Source: Octopus sinensis | Taxonomy: Eukaryota | Direction: 5' to 3' | DNA length: 64,000 nucleotides | Assembly: GCF_006345805.1 (NCBI RefSeq) | Contig: NC_042998.1 | Span: 174,964,001 to 175,028,000 of the forward strand | Part shown: positions 63,423 to 64,000 of the stretch, one piece after another | How the letters are laid out: each line of letters opens with the position of its first letter | How positions within the stretch are numbered: position 1 is the stretch's first letter | The notes under the pieces: generated by a model | The model's database searches: none | The model's input: only the letters and a program-made list of their open reading frames with translations | Told to the model about the DNA's origin: nothing | Position numbers and translations under genes: made by a program

Positions 63423-64000
63423 TGTGTGTATATAAAAATATAATTTTAACGTGTTTGCATTATGACCATACACTTGTAAGTTCTTAAGCTATCTCTTTTC
63501 ATTCTACACAATGTAGAAAATCAAGTGCAACTCTGTAGTCTGTCTATTTATTAATCTTAAAATCTACTTGTCACTTGTGTATGATTATTGCATCTTGGAA
63601 GAATCATTTTGACAACAGACTACAATATGACATGCACTTGTAAACCTAGTTTTTCATCTCATTTTACAATTAATTGTATCAAAGTCTCTAAACTACTTAT
63701 ACAAACTCCCCCCCCCCACACACACACACACACATTACTTGATCTTAAAAAGTAAGGCAAAAGAGGTTGGTTACAAATGGCAATGAAATGACTTTGACAA
63801 ACCTAGTTGACTGATTGGCCAAATGGTTAATTAAACAATCATTTGTTTAAACATTGATTGATTGACTAATGATAATAAAAGAAGTGAAACAAAATCAGTG
63901 TGTGTGTGTGTGTTTTATTGACATTGTGACCTTCCTAAGATACAACAAAATAAAGAAATAATGTTTTATCGGAATGTTTAAGATGCAACAAGACATGATT

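Overview
This is AT-rich, repeat-dense animal genomic DNA. The SINE, LINE and microsatellite landscape looks like Octopus or another coleoid cephalopod (inference from recalled repeat families; no search run). There is no intact long ORF, and almost all track ORFs are microsatellite or TE artefacts. Decayed mobile DNA includes Dong/R4, Tx1/L1, RTE and CR1/Jockey-like LINE fragments, two mariner relics, hAT MITEs, Helitron-like non-autonomous elements and many copies of about three tRNA-SINE families. A promoter-like first exon sits at ~15.4 kb inside a CpG-retaining domain (~12-25 kb). Several small plus-strand exon candidates suggest an unidentified large-intron gene. Highlights: (1) Penelope/retrozyme-type minimal hammerhead ribozymes, including a tandem pair 213 nt apart and a recurrent CUGUUGA core variant; (2) a 5S rRNA head fused to an RTE-LINE 3' tail; (3) a TSD-flanked SINE whose last 40 nt match the 3' end of the Tx1 LINE in the same window (32/40); (4) a TSD-flanked 380-bp bipartite RTE-like element; (5) two long G:U-rich hairpins.
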